Shown in pieces: positions 45,345 to 55,196 of a DNA stretch of 64,000 nucleotides (its first letter is position 1; every line of letters starts with the position of its first letter). The position numbers were made by a program, and so were the translations under genes. The notes below the pieces were generated by a model. It did not search any database. It was not told where the DNA came from and was given only the letters and a program-made list of their open reading frames with translations. The stretch is taken from positions 13,139-77,138 of IMG/VR virus record IMGVR_UViG_3300044645_002525. One strand, 5' to 3'. The DNA comes from a virus.

Positions 45345-47399
45345 TCAGAAGAAGTCGTGATCCTCTTCCCTTTCGGGAAGATTTTCATTTGTCACCATGG
45401 AAACAGGCTCTTGTGGTGGAGCTTCTTCCCGAGCGGGAATTTCAAAATCTGCTTCTTTTTCACTTTCAGTGAAATTTGGTTCTTCCTGAAAATCAAGCTC
45501 AGGCTCAACATAGTCCCACGAATGGTAAAGACGCTCGCGTTCTCCATTGGGACCAACAACAAAGCTACTGCTAATCAAACCCTGCCGCCTTGCCACTTCC
45601 AGCATTTTGCCAGTGGAGCTGGTTTCAAAGCTTCCAGACAATGCTGCCACTTGCTGTTTAGAGAAGCGTTCATTTTGACGCATCTCAACTACATTCACCA
45701 CTTGATTCAGCTCTTCTAGGGATCCGCCTTGTGGTCCTGCATAATGCCAGCCATAAGTGAGGTTGTCTCGCTTGAGCACATGCTTACCAGTGAGGCCACT
45801 CCTACTCTTCATCCATTCGAGCGTAAATTCATTTGGATCGTAGCTTTCAGAACGAGTGAGCTTTACCACTTCACTAACGTTATCAACGAAGCTAGTGGAA
45901 TCACGCAGTCCTCCATTTTTGTTGAGATGGTGGAGGATGAGAATGGAACAGCGATAAGTGTTGGCAAGATCACGCAGGCCATAAATCACATCGCCTGCAT
46001 TGCTCTTTACCATATCCACGTCCATACCAGCAAGGCAGGCAGTGAGGCTATCAATCACGATAAACAGAGGACGTTCCTTTCTCACGTAGTCCTCAAGCTG
46101 TTTCATATGGGCGAAGCGCCAAGTCTCCCAGAATTCAATGGTGCCAGGCTCCAGTGGAGTGTCTTGATAGCCAATAACGGAAAGCTTTTCGCTTGTGTCG
46201 ATGAGAGGTTCGTCGCTTTGGCAAACTAAAGTTTTGCCTTTCATGCAACGGCGCCCGCTCCATTTTGTGCCAAGACCAATATGAAGAGCCCAGTTGTAAG
46301 CCACCGTCGATTTGCCAGTGCCGCCTCCAGCAGCAAGCAGCGTCACGCTTCCCAAGGGAATGATGCCAGCAATCAGCCATTCACGGGCTTTATCGGCATT
46401 AGCAATGGAAAGAGCGTCAATACTTTCAAGCTCTTCCCTTCCATAGATGCGATCTTTAGCTTCTGCAATAATCTTGTCAACATTCTGCTGGCTCATCTTT
46501 ACGCCACGCTGCTCTAGCCAATTGCTGGTTTCATAAGCAATGCGAGAGTCATTGGCATAGAGGCCAACAAAGTTTTCAATGGTGGAAATAATCTCCTCAT
46601 ATGCAGGCTTGCCATCTTGCCCTTGATGCCTGCTTTTTGAAACAATGGAGGAAAGAAGGTCGTCTTTAGTGGCACCTTCTTCAATGTAGTCGCCTAAGTC
46701 ATAGCCATTGCCAGGGGGAAGATTGTCCCATTCCCATGAACGAGGATCTGCATAAAGCCAGCTTGCTCCAGGATTATCACTGGCAATTTCTGCCATGAAT
46801 GCAACGCCTTGCTCGTCGCGATCAGGACAAAGTACAAGCTTTCTATTGCGGAATAAGCTTGTGTAGTCACCATTTGTACGGTATTGTTTGCTGCCTCCAA
46901 GGAAAGTAATACAAGGAAGATCAAGCGCCCAAACTGATTCGCAGGTGAGTTCTCCTTCAACAATAAAAATGGGAAGACCAGTTTCTTCACTCTTCGCCAC
47001 TGCTTCTTCGTAGCGATAGGGCAACACATTGGCCTTGATTTCCTTGAGCTTGGTTTTATGTCCGTTCTCGCTTTTGTCAATAGTAGGAAAGTCTTGCCAA
47101 ATTTTTTTGGAGCCCGAAGTGTCGTCACGATGGACGATAACCACTTCCTTTCCATGGTTATTTTTGTAGACAAACGTATAGTTGCCCGCATCACGAGGCG
47201 GCTTCTCCCATCTGGTGAGAGGGGCTAGGGCATCACGAATTTCGGCCCGGTGCGCAGGGCTGGTGTCATGCCAGCAGTTGTATGCCTCTGTGTTTTTGTT
47301 GATTGTGAAATCGTTACCGCCGCATGCAGGACAGTGGTATTTCCCTGGCTCATTGCTTGGCTCCAGTTGCTCAAGGTGGTCAAGGATGGAAAAGGCCAT
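45345..47399 (-). CDS. DNA primase-helicase (Zn finger, TOPRIM-like, RecA-type AAA)
   Basis: CPACGG, IVEGE, PDRDEQG, AGGGTGKS Walker A, IVIDSL, ILHHLNK. Confidence 0.9.
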   Translation of the reverse strand: MAFSILDHLEQLEPSNEPGKYHCPACGGNDFTINKNTEAYNCWHDTSPAHRAEIRDALAPLTRWEKPPRDAGNYTFVYKNNHGKEVVIVHRDDTSGSKKIWQDFPTIDKSENGHKTKLKEIKANVLPYRYEEAVAKSEETGLPIFIVEGELTCESVWALDLPCITFLGGSKQYRTNGDYTSLFRNRKLVLCPDRDEQGVAFMAEIASDNPGASWLYADPRSWEWDNLPPGNGYDLGDYIEEGATKDDLLSSIVSKSRHQGQDGKPAYEEIISTIENFVGLYANDSRIAYETSNWLEQRGVKMSQQNVDKIIAEAKDRIYGREELESIDALSIANADKAREWLIAGIIPLGSVTLLAAGGGTGKSTVAYNWALHIGLGTKWSGRRCMKGKTLVCQSDEPLIDTSEKLSVIGYQDTPLEPGTIEFWETWRFAHMKQLEDYVRKERPLFIVIDSLTACLAGMDVDMVKSNAGDVIYGLRDLANTYRCSILILHHLNKNGGLRDSTSFVDNVSEVVKLTRSESYDPNEFTLEWMKSRSGLTGKHVLKRDNLTYGWHYAGPQGGSLEELNQVVNVVEMRQNERFSKQQVAALSGSFETSSTGKMLEVARRQGLISSSFVVGPNGERERLYHSWDYVEPELDFQEEPNFTESEKEADFEIPAREEAPPQEPVSMVTNENLPEREEDHDFF

Positions 47400-47608
47400 G
47401 GGGAGGAGTGAGATGAGGGTGTTCTAGCAGCAAAATCCCGCTCCCGCAGGGCATTAACAATTCTTAATGCTGCTTTTGGCTTTTTGAGCATTGACGGGCT
47501 GGCTATGACGGCTATGCTGGCCATGTCCCTCGCAAGGCAAAACCATGGAGCTTTGGCTGGCCGCCATTATCGGCTTCAGCATTGGCTATCTTCTCGGCCC
47601 TTTGTTTT

Positions 47609-47851
47609 ATGACCGTTGACCACGGCGAGCCCAAGAAAAGCCGCCACTTCACTCTCACTGACACCGCCTACGCTCATCTCAAGGATATTGCCCATGAAGC
47701 ACGATTGAGCCTTAGTGAGACAGTGGAGCGTCTTATTCGCACCACTTCTCCATGGGAGGGGAACACAGTTCTTTGTGACGGTGCTTTCTCTTTAGTTGAA
47801 GACCATTCCATCGTTTCCGAAATTGAGGACTATGAAGGTTTCAGAGCTTAA
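47609..47851 (+). CDS. Ribbon-helix-helix DNA-binding protein
   Basis: RHFTLTDTAYAHLKDIA...LSLSETVERLIR. Confidence 0.65.
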   Translation: MTVDHGEPKKSRHFTLTDTAYAHLKDIAHEARLSLSETVERLIRTTSPWEGNTVLCDGAFSLVEDHSIVSEIEDYEGFRA

Positions 47852-48104
47852 GCTCGCTTGTGAAGACTTCCTTCTTGAGTATGCCGACACAGAAGTGAAG
47901 CTGCTTTGGGAAGAGGGCGTACTCACGGAAAACTACGATCCTGATTGCTTGGAAGAGCCTACTGATGTGAGAGCCATCAATGACTGGCCGCTTCCTGGCG
48001 ACAGCTTGATTGTTAAGAGCGAAATGCCTTCCAAGATGTTTGTCATTATGTACGGCGAATATCAAGCGGCCTTCGGCTACAAAGCAGTGGCGCACTTGGG
48101 ATGA
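47832..48104 (+). CDS. Hypothetical protein
   Basis: Operonic ORF. Confidence 0.55.
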   Translation: MKVSELKLACEDFLLEYADTEVKLLWEEGVLTENYDPDCLEEPTDVRAINDWPLPGDSLIVKSEMPSKMFVIMYGEYQAAFGYKAVAHLG

Positions 48105-48292
48105 TGGAAACGCCTAATCTCACCACGTCTGAGCTTTATGCTCGCATGAAGCAAATGGACCATGATGTGCTTCATTGTCTTGATTGCTTTCTTTCCGATA
48201 CTGGTGTGGCCGTGGTTGGCCTGAATCTTTCGTTTGACGAAGAAAGCGAAGAGTATCTTCTTGATTGGCATTTCGCTTTTCTTGAAGAATGA
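48101..48292 (+). CDS. Hypothetical protein
   Basis: Operonic ORF. Confidence 0.55.
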   Translation: MMETPNLTTSELYARMKQMDHDVLHCLDCFLSDTGVAVVGLNLSFDEESEEYLLDWHFAFLEE

Positions 48293-49227
48293 ACCACACC
48301 TTTCTCACTTATTCCCCCTCCGACTTTTCCAGCATGGAAGATCCCGCAAAACAAGCAATGATCGAACGCTCTCTGGGCATGTTTACGCCGCTTGAAATCA
48401 GCGCCGAAGCTTTCCGCGCTGCTTACGACACTCCAGACATTGGCCCTCACATCGAGAAGGACTACAAAGGTCTTTCCTATCTGTCTTGGCCGTTTGCCTT
48501 CCGCTACCTGAAGGAACATTTCCCGACGCTGTTCGTAGCGTTTGAAGAGAAGACCATTGGCTGGCCTGTATTTGGCGAGCCTGGTGCCTTCATCCTTCGT
48601 CCCTATCTGACAGATGGCGTAAGGCGCACTCCTGCGCTGGTGTTTCCCGTGATGGACAGGAAGCACAATTCCATTCAGCAGCTCGACGGTCGTGCAATCA
48701 GCGACAACATCCAACGTGCCAGTGTCAAAGCCATTGCTACGTTCACGGGCCTTGGTCTTCGGCTCTATGCCGGAGAGGACATCCCTAAGGAAGAAGCGCC
48801 AAAGCTGCAGCAGGACACGCTCAAGACGCCTGCACGCACGAAGACTGCCCCTAAGGAAAGCGCTGCTGCTGCTGGAAGCGAGGGGCCTGTTGCCACCGCC
48901 GATACAGGGTCCGCTGAACCTTTCGATGCAAAAGCAGTTCTTACAGCAGTGTGCAAAGCCAATCCTTTGAACTATGCCGACGAAAAAGCTGCTATGGCTG
49001 CAGGCAAAGCTGCTCTTGAAAGCATTGGACTTGCTCGCGCCACGGAAGTCAAAACCTGGCAAGCCTTCGGAAACGTCGTCGCAGCAATGATGACGCTATG
49101 GGCAAAGGAGCAGGAGATCATCATCAGCAAAGCTGAGATGACAGAAGAAATCAACATTGTCCGTGGTCTTGCTACCACTGACGAAGTGATTGAAGGCATG
49201 AAAGCTTTCGTCGCAAAAAAGCAGTAG
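48289..49227 (+). CDS. Single-strand annealing protein (Sak / DUF1071)
   Basis: LSYLSW..A, PVMD, QRA.VKAIA..TGLGL.LYAGED. Confidence 0.85.
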   Translation: MNHTFLTYSPSDFSSMEDPAKQAMIERSLGMFTPLEISAEAFRAAYDTPDIGPHIEKDYKGLSYLSWPFAFRYLKEHFPTLFVAFEEKTIGWPVFGEPGAFILRPYLTDGVRRTPALVFPVMDRKHNSIQQLDGRAISDNIQRASVKAIATFTGLGLRLYAGEDIPKEEAPKLQQDTLKTPARTKTAPKESAAAAGSEGPVATADTGSAEPFDAKAVLTAVCKANPLNYADEKAAMAAGKAALESIGLARATEVKTWQAFGNVVAAMMTLWAKEQEIIISKAEMTEEINIVRGLATTDEVIEGMKAFVAKKQ

Positions 49228-49415
49228 ATCTAGCAGCGGCCCGTCTGGCACGGGCCTTTGCTGGAACCATTTGCCTTGATGCTGATGACCTTCCCGTTAC
49301 TGAGCTTCCTCCCGCCTTATTTGGCGAATGATCCCCTTGGTCTGTTCCTTCTCGTTACCTTCCTATGCCTGATCATTGCTCTGTCGATTCTGGCTATCCT
49401 TTCGCTGATGGTCCC

Positions 49416-49628
49416 ATGAGCCGTTTCACTTTTACTTACGAAGAAGGCGAAACGAAGGTTTCCTATTCGTTCCACAATATCTACTGCCCTGAGATTGTCG
49501 AGCATTTCAAGCAGTTTGTTTTGGCTTGTGGCTTCTTTGAAACTTCAATAATGGCTGCAATGGCAACCATGGTTGAAGAATACGAAACGATGGAAGAAAA
49601 GCGTGCGCAATCACCGTTCTCTGATTGA
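49416..49628 (+). CDS. Hypothetical protein
   Basis: IVEHFKQFVLACGF motif. Confidence 0.6.
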   Translation: MSRFTFTYEEGETKVSYSFHNIYCPEIVEHFKQFVLACGFFETSIMAAMATMVEEYETMEEKRAQSPFSD

Positions 49629-49923
49629 TGCTTGCCATGAAGCATTCTGGAGCTTTCCTGACGACACTCTTAGCAGTGATCGTCGCATTGCTGCTCTTCT
49701 TGAGACCATTGCTAATCATCCTTTGGCTGACAAGCAATTTCTTCGTCAAACTGCTCGAACTATTCTCATGGCTGACATTGCGATGTGCATGGGGGGTGAA
49801 TGCCCTGTCAAGGAAAATTGCTGGCGTTACATGGCGCCTGCTAGTCGTTGGCAAAGCTATTTCGCTACGCCTCCAGCGGATGAAGAAGGTTGCGACTATT
49901 TCTGGGACATGAACGAGGAATGA
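49573..49923 (+). CDS. Hypothetical protein with Cys-rich C-terminus
   Basis: DIAMC.GGECP.KENC.RY; start uncertain. Confidence 0.55.
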   Translation: MKNTKRWKKSVRNHRSLIDACHEAFWSFPDDTLSSDRRIAALLETIANHPLADKQFLRQTARTILMADIAMCMGGECPVKENCWRYMAPASRWQSYFATPPADEEGCDYFWDMNEE

Positions 49924-50150
49924 AAACCAACAAAGAGACAGTCCTTGCTTCTGACGCGCTTTCTCCTGATGGGCGAATGATGGCCAAAATCTTAATGGAG
50001 AAAGATGGAGTGAGCATTGAACGCTTGTTCAATCTTTTGGCAGAATTTAAAAGCAATATTGAGCAACTTGAGCGCTATTCGCAGCAAATGGATTCTGCTA
50101 TTGACCAAGCACAATACGACATTGATTGTCACATCAGGAATCATGATTAA
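49920..50150 (+). CDS. Hypothetical coiled-coil protein
   Basis: Operonic ORF. Confidence 0.5.
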   Translation: MKTNKETVLASDALSPDGRMMAKILMEKDGVSIERLFNLLAEFKSNIEQLERYSQQMDSAIDQAQYDIDCHIRNHD

Positions 50151-50188
50151 AAGTGGCCTGTTACGATCTACGCCTTGCCTCCCTCCAA

Positions 50189-50953
50189 ATGCCAGCATTT
50201 CCCCGCTACGAGCCCAACCGACTCCAAATTCAGAAAAAGCGTTACTATTTGCTGAACGATTTTCCAAATGTTCCAGAAGGGTTTGTTTTGCCTTCTGTGA
50301 CGACTATTGCGAGCGCGTGTTCTCCGCCTGGCAAGATTGCAGCGCTAATGAACTGGCGCAAGAAGGTGGGAAATGAAGAAGCTAATCGTCGCACTCGTAA
50401 TGCTGTGGATCGAGGCAATTGGCTTCACGGTGTTCTAGAAGACTTCTGGAATGGTGAAGACATTCAAGCGCATCTTGATTCTCATGAAAATTACGTGCCC
50501 TATTTTGAGAGCATTGTTGGTTTTCTTGAGCGTGTTGATAGTCCATTGCTAGTTGAAAGTGCCATTGCCTGGTACGATCCTGCACAAGAGATTGGTTATT
50601 CAGGCACCTTTGATATGCTTGCCAAAATGAACAGCGGTGCGTATGCACTGCTTGATTGGAAGACAAGCTACAAAGAAAAGCCTGATACACAACTAGCCGA
50701 CTATCGCATGCAGCTTGGTGCTTATGTGCAGGCTATTGAGCAGATGTATGACATCGAAGTGAATGAAGCGCATTGCGCCATCGCCATTCATGATCCTGAT
50801 ACTGGCCATTCCCAAGAAGCGCAAATCGTGAGTCTCTCAGCAGGGGAGCTTGCGATGCAAGCAGGCATCATGGTGCAGAAGGTGCAGCAGTTCTTCTTTG
50901 AGCACTACCCAGGCGGACGCCCCTTAATGATTTCTATGGACCGTGGGGCTTGA
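50189..50953 (+). CDS. PD-(D/E)XK exonuclease
   Basis: PSVTTI, RG..LH, E, GTFD, DWKTS, QL.AY motifs. Confidence 0.9.
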   Translation: MPAFPRYEPNRLQIQKKRYYLLNDFPNVPEGFVLPSVTTIASACSPPGKIAALMNWRKKVGNEEANRRTRNAVDRGNWLHGVLEDFWNGEDIQAHLDSHENYVPYFESIVGFLERVDSPLLVESAIAWYDPAQEIGYSGTFDMLAKMNSGAYALLDWKTSYKEKPDTQLADYRMQLGAYVQAIEQMYDIEVNEAHCAIAIHDPDTGHSQEAQIVSLSAGELAMQAGIMVQKVQQFFFEHYPGGRPLMISMDRGA

Positions 50954-51024
50954 CTCCTCTGTCCATAGCGCTATGCTTCTGATGCCCCTTCCAGGGCCTA
51001 CTACACTCCTCTGAGGACCACTCA

Positions 51025-51294
51025 ATGCCCGCTGGCAACTCTCCCGCTTTCTCTGGCACTGTCGATCTCACTCCCGACATCCTCAATGCCATGAAGAAAG
51101 CTGGCACCAATCCCCAAGGCAACTACTCCCTGCGTTTTGCCCTGTGGGACAACGACAAGCGCGACAAGGACACTGCTCCTCATTTCAAAGGACAAGTGAC
51201 CGTCAATAAGCTTGACAACTCTCCCAAGGCCTATGCGTCGATGTGGGACAATGGCAATAAGACCAAGCAAAGCTTCTCTGACGATCCGTTCTGA
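51025..51294 (+). CDS. Putative single-stranded DNA-binding protein
   Basis: APHFKGQV..., acidic DDPF tail; follows SSAP and exonuclease. Confidence 0.65.
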   Translation: MPAGNSPAFSGTVDLTPDILNAMKKAGTNPQGNYSLRFALWDNDKRDKDTAPHFKGQVTVNKLDNSPKAYASMWDNGNKTKQSFSDDPF

Positions 51295-51351
51295 AGACTT
51301 TCGTTATTGTTCACTGGGGCGCTAATGCGCCCTTTTCTTTTCTTCAAAACC

Positions 51352-51936
51352 ATGCTTCTTAATGACAAGGAAATCAGCATTCTTGCTGAAAATGATATTA
51401 TTTTTCCTTTCGTCGGGGAGAAAACCAGAGAGCTTGACAATGGCACGAAAGCCCTCTCATACGGACTGAGCCATGCCGGATATGACCTCCGCCTTTCTCC
51501 GAAGGGCTTTATGGTCATCAACAACAACAGCCCCGTGGAGGCCCTGGACGTTAAGAGCTTCAACAAGGATCTGATGTATGAGGCTTCTCCCATTGAAGAA
51601 AACGGCTCTACGTTCTTCGTGCTGCCGCCGTTCTCCTACGCTCTTGGCGTGAGTGTGGAATTGCTGACAATGCCGTCTAACATCATGGGGATCACGGACG
51701 GCAAAAGCACGTATGCAAGGCAAGGGACCATTCTTAACGTCTGCCCGATTGAGCCTGGCTGGAGTGGTCACCTTACTATCTCTATTGTCAATCCTCTGGC
51801 TTTCCCCGTGCGCGTGTACGCCCTCGAAGGCATTGTCCAAGTCATGTTCCTGCGTCTCAATTCAGACTCAGCTCAAGACTATGGCAACGGAAAATATCAG
51901 AATCAAGGACTTGTCCCAGCCACTCCTAGGGTCTAA
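51352..51936 (+). CDS. dcd: dCTP deaminase
   Basis: SYGLS..GYDLRL, GKSTYAR.G, EPGW.G, KYQNQ. Confidence 0.9.
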   Translation: MLLNDKEISILAENDIIFPFVGEKTRELDNGTKALSYGLSHAGYDLRLSPKGFMVINNNSPVEALDVKSFNKDLMYEASPIEENGSTFFVLPPFSYALGVSVELLTMPSNIMGITDGKSTYARQGTILNVCPIEPGWSGHLTISIVNPLAFPVRVYALEGIVQVMFLRLNSDSAQDYGNGKYQNQGLVPATPRV

Positions 51937-51980
51937 GCGCAAAGGCCCTTAATAGGGCCTTTCCTTCACTTCGCGAGATT

Positions 51981-52838
51981 ATGTCGCCGCTTTCTTTTCC
52001 TTTTCAGTCCGACTCTCTGTTTATTCTTGGAGAATTTACCAACCTTGCCAATAACAAGGAGGTCGTCTATCCTTTCTTGATAGTAAAAAAAGGAAGACCA
52101 ACTTACGACGGGCTCTATCACCAGTATCTCATGGAGCCGGGAATGGCGATAAAGAAAAAAGACAGTCCAATGGCATACTGCGAGCTATGCGCGATACCGA
52201 ATAAAAACGATCACGACTTTTGGGGCTGCATTGAAACTTGCTTTTTGTTCTTGGGGGAAGATTGGCACAAGAATGTTTTACGCGCGTGCTTGAGCAAAGA
52301 AATCTTCCTGAACAACAGAAAATCTATATCAGATGGAGATGAATTCTACACCTGTATTTCGCTAAAACAAGACATGGCAGAATCCTACATGGCATTGCTT
52401 TCGCGTACACTGGAGAGCTTAGAGCAATCAAGAAAATCGCTATATTTTCCGGCTATAGATCGTATAGTGTTTGGCCTGCATGAATACAACAATGCTCAAC
52501 GCGGAAGAATTCGACAACGACTGCAAGAATTCAAAGAACAACAGCCAATATGCGAATCAGGCAGTGACAAAAAGGCCAGCCGCGGCTTGGCTAAGGGCAA
52601 TAGGAGAAAAACTTTATCCTTAAAAACTAGAAGGATCATCCTTGAGCGCGATAAATATAGGTGCGTCGATTGCGGGCGAAGTCCACAAAATGATCCAAGT
52701 TGCGTTTTGCACATTGATCACCGCATACCAATCTCTAAAGGTGGAAGCAATAACGAGGACAACCTTCAAACGCTATGTGACTGGTGTAATTTAGGAAAAG
52801 GCGTTGACATGGACTGGAAGTTGGGCCAAGCGTGCTAG
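51981..52838 (+). CDS. Protein with C-terminal HNH endonuclease
   Basis: ILERDKYRCVDCG...LHIDHRIPISKGGSN..DNLQTLCDWCNLGK. Confidence 0.85.
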   Translation: MSPLSFPFQSDSLFILGEFTNLANNKEVVYPFLIVKKGRPTYDGLYHQYLMEPGMAIKKKDSPMAYCELCAIPNKNDHDFWGCIETCFLFLGEDWHKNVLRACLSKEIFLNNRKSISDGDEFYTCISLKQDMAESYMALLSRTLESLEQSRKSLYFPAIDRIVFGLHEYNNAQRGRIRQRLQEFKEQQPICESGSDKKASRGLAKGNRRKTLSLKTRRIILERDKYRCVDCGRSPQNDPSCVLHIDHRIPISKGGSNNEDNLQTLCDWCNLGKGVDMDWKLGQAC

Positions 52839-52850
52839 TATTTGGTTTCT

Positions 52851-52910
52851 GCCAAGGCACGGTTAGCCAAGGCGGGGCTCGGAGCGGCAGGCTTCGGTCC
52901 GGCAAGGGCG
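52851..52910 (+). repeat. Degenerate 5-bp periodic G(G/C)NNN repeat
   Basis: gccaa ggcac ggtta gccaa ggcgg ggctc ggagc ggcag gcttc ggtcc ggcaa gggcg. Confidence 0.65.
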
Positions 52911-52925
52911 TGAGGAGCGCATTCA

Positions 52926-53288
52926 ATGAGCCTGTTAGAAGACCAATTCCTTGGCCTCTGGCAGGTTCGCTATCCCGACCTTCCGCTGGTTCGGGAATAC
53001 AGCGACATTCCCACTTGGGAAACGGACTTTCAAGAACGCTACGCTAAAAGCAAGCGATCAAAGCGTTATCGAGCAGACTTTGCTCACATTCCCTCGCGGT
53101 CAATTGTCGAAATCCAAGGGGGAACCTTTAACGGCGGCAGGCACGTTCGAGCTAGCGGCTACGAAAGGGACTGCAGAAAATTCAACTTGGCAACAATGGG
53201 AGGCTGGAAAGTGTTCCTTCTTACCACCCAAACGGCCAAGGAAATTTTTTGGCTTGAGCGGATTGCTGCTTCATTGCGAACTGCGTAA
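52926..53288 (+). CDS. PD-(D/E)XK endonuclease (DUF559/Vsr-like)
   Basis: RYRADFA...VEIQGG...GRH...RDC.KFN.A...GW.V. Confidence 0.8.
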   Translation: MSLLEDQFLGLWQVRYPDLPLVREYSDIPTWETDFQERYAKSKRSKRYRADFAHIPSRSIVEIQGGTFNGGRHVRASGYERDCRKFNLATMGGWKVFLLTTQTAKEIFWLERIAASLRTA

Positions 53289-53595
53289 CGGCTTCAGCAG
53301 CTTCACCAAGCAGCTCATCAGCGGCTTTCAAATCACGCTCTTGAAGCTGCATAGCTTGACGCAGTTCAAGATTCTCTTTCACCAGCGACGTGACGGCCTC
53401 TTGCATATTGCTCCAGCCCTCCATCATCGTGCAAGCCACTTCTCGCAGCTTGTCAACGTCATTGCATTCGCTCAGTGCCTTTTTATTAGCAACGAGAGCA
53501 AAGTCTCGTTCCATGCTCCGCTCAAAAGGCCCCATAATGCCAATACAATCTTGACCATTGTATTTTAGGCCCACTGGGATAGAGAAAGTGCTCAT
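53221..53595 (-). CDS. Helical protein, weak NblA-like core
   Basis: RSMERDF...DKLREVA..M...W....EAVTSLVK helix-loop-helix pattern. Confidence 0.4.
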   Translation of the reverse strand: MSTFSIPVGLKYNGQDCIGIMGPFERSMERDFALVANKKALSECNDVDKLREVACTMMEGWSNMQEAVTSLVKENLELRQAMQLQERDLKAADELLGEAAEAVTQFAMKQQSAQAKKFPWPFGW

Positions 53596-53625
53596 TGTCC
53601 TTGCATTGTTTCGTTTAGCCTAGCC

Positions 53626-53952
53626 ATGCAGCAGTTTGGCAAACGGTTTGTTTATCGGGTGGACGATGGGAAGAATGCCGTACAATGCGGAACGGGCTAC
53701 CGTCCTTACAAGCTCCCTCGCACGCCTCGCAACCATGAATGGCTTCCAGGACAGGACGTGGTGTACGTACAACGTACAGCAGCAGGGTGGATGCCCTCTT
53801 CCATTGTTGGCACCATTGAAAGCTTTGATGCAAGCGGACGAGCCAAGAAGGCACGAGTACGCTGGCATTCGGCTACGGACATTGCTCCTACAATCAGTTT
53901 GCAACGACTTCGGCCCCTCTCGCTGATCACCAGTGCTTACCAAAACAACTGA
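53626..53952 (+). CDS. Hypothetical protein
   Basis: 108 aa operonic ORF. Confidence 0.55.
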   Translation: MQQFGKRFVYRVDDGKNAVQCGTGYRPYKLPRTPRNHEWLPGQDVVYVQRTAAGWMPSSIVGTIESFDASGRAKKARVRWHSATDIAPTISLQRLRPLSLITSAYQNN

Positions 53953-54139
53953 CGACTTGCTTAAAGATTTCTCCAAACTTGCAGGAGAAATTCTTGCCAT
54001 TTTCACTGTCATGTGCTTGCGAGCATGGCTGCTAAGCACTTGCGTGGGTCTACTGGCTCCAAGTTTTACGCTTGGCTTTTGGCAGTGGTTCCTAATTGCC
54101 ATCACTTTTCGCATTCTCATCGCTACTGACAAAACTTGA
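53933..54139 (+). CDS. Small membrane protein
   Basis: Two hydrophobic segments. Confidence 0.55.
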   Translation: MLTKTTDDLLKDFSKLAGEILAIFTVMCLRAWLLSTCVGLLAPSFTLGFWQWFLIAITFRILIATDKT

Positions 54140-54141
54140 TA

Positions 54142-54846
54142 ATGAATCAGATGGATCCGCTGATGGATGGCATCAGCTTCGTGCGTCTCATTGATTGGAT
54201 GGGCAGCTCGCTTGATATTGTTTGCGATGCTCGTCAGAGCTTTGACCAAACGAGCAGCGAATGGTCCGAAAAGGACCAGAAGCTTCTTAATTATCTTGTC
54301 AAGCATCAGCACACTAGTCCATTTCGTGGCGTGGTCACAAAATGGCAAGTGAAAGCTCCGCTGTATGTTTGCCGGCAATGGTGGAAGCATGTGATTGGTG
54401 GCACGTTCGCCAACGACACGCTTGGCTGGAACGAGAAAAGCTTTCGCTACTGCGAAGCTGACGACGAAGCCTATTACATGCCTCGTGAATTCCGCCAGCA
54501 AAGCCCCAGCAACAAGCAGGCCTCTAGTGGGCCTCTAGAGCCCAGCATGAACCAAGTGGCGATGATCGAATACGCCAAGGCTCTAGAGCAAACCAAGCAG
54601 GCTTACAAGGCGCTGCTGACGTTAGGAGTGAGCAAAGAGCAGGCACGGGGTATCCTGCCGATGTCCACCTACACGTCCTTCACCTGGACCTGTAGCTTGC
54701 AAGCTTTGTTGCATTTCATTTCATTGCGAGACAAGGCCGATAGCCAAGGCGAAATTCAGGCCTATGCTCAATCTTTGAGCACGCTCGCCCGTCCATTATT
54801 TAAAGAAGCCTTCGAGGCTTTCGATCTTCACCAATCTTCGTTCTAA
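54142..54846 (+). CDS. thyX: Flavin-dependent thymidylate synthase
   Basis: HTSPF, RQWWKH, WNEKSFRY, EQARGILP, SQGEI. Confidence 0.92.
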   Translation: MNQMDPLMDGISFVRLIDWMGSSLDIVCDARQSFDQTSSEWSEKDQKLLNYLVKHQHTSPFRGVVTKWQVKAPLYVCRQWWKHVIGGTFANDTLGWNEKSFRYCEADDEAYYMPREFRQQSPSNKQASSGPLEPSMNQVAMIEYAKALEQTKQAYKALLTLGVSKEQARGILPMSTYTSFTWTCSLQALLHFISLRDKADSQGEIQAYAQSLSTLARPLFKEAFEAFDLHQSSF

Positions 54847-54848
54847 CT

Positions 54849-55196
54849 ATGCACGACCCAGTGAAAAATCCCCGTCATTATGCCAAGAACGGTGGCATTG
54901 AATGTATTGAGGCCATCGAAGCCTCAATGGACAAAGACGACTTTAGGGGTTTCCTAAAGGGAAATATCATTAAATATGTTTGGCGCTATGAAGACAAGAA
55001 CGGCTTGGAAGATTTGAAGAAAGCAAGCTGGTATCTCGATCTTCTCATCTTCACCATGGAGAACGAGCCACAACAAGAAGCTGTTGAAGCTCTTGAGAAC
55101 GCTTCTCAACAATGCGAAGGAGGGTTTTGTCCCATGCCAGGCATTCGCTACGATCTTCCCGGCAGGCAAGTCACCTTCGCCCCAGTAGAAGACTAA
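54849..55196 (+). CDS. DUF3310 protein
   Basis: [18 protein letters not shown]...[23 protein letters not shown]. Confidence 0.9.
   Translation: MHDPVKNPRHYAKNGGIECIEAIEASMDKDDFRGFLKGNIIKYVWRYEDKNGLEDLKKASWYLDLLIFTMENEPQQEAVEALENASQQCEGGFCPMPGIRYDLPGRQVTFAPVED

Noticed and set aside
50189-50953. Cas4 / CRISPR adaptation gene
   Set aside because: Lacks the Fe-S Cys cluster and sits with SSAP and SSB, as expected for a phage recombination exonuclease.
53620-54501. 293-aa minus-strand ORF (also 48172-49062 and 36842-37594)
   Set aside because: Antisense to well-supported genes; no recognisable motifs.
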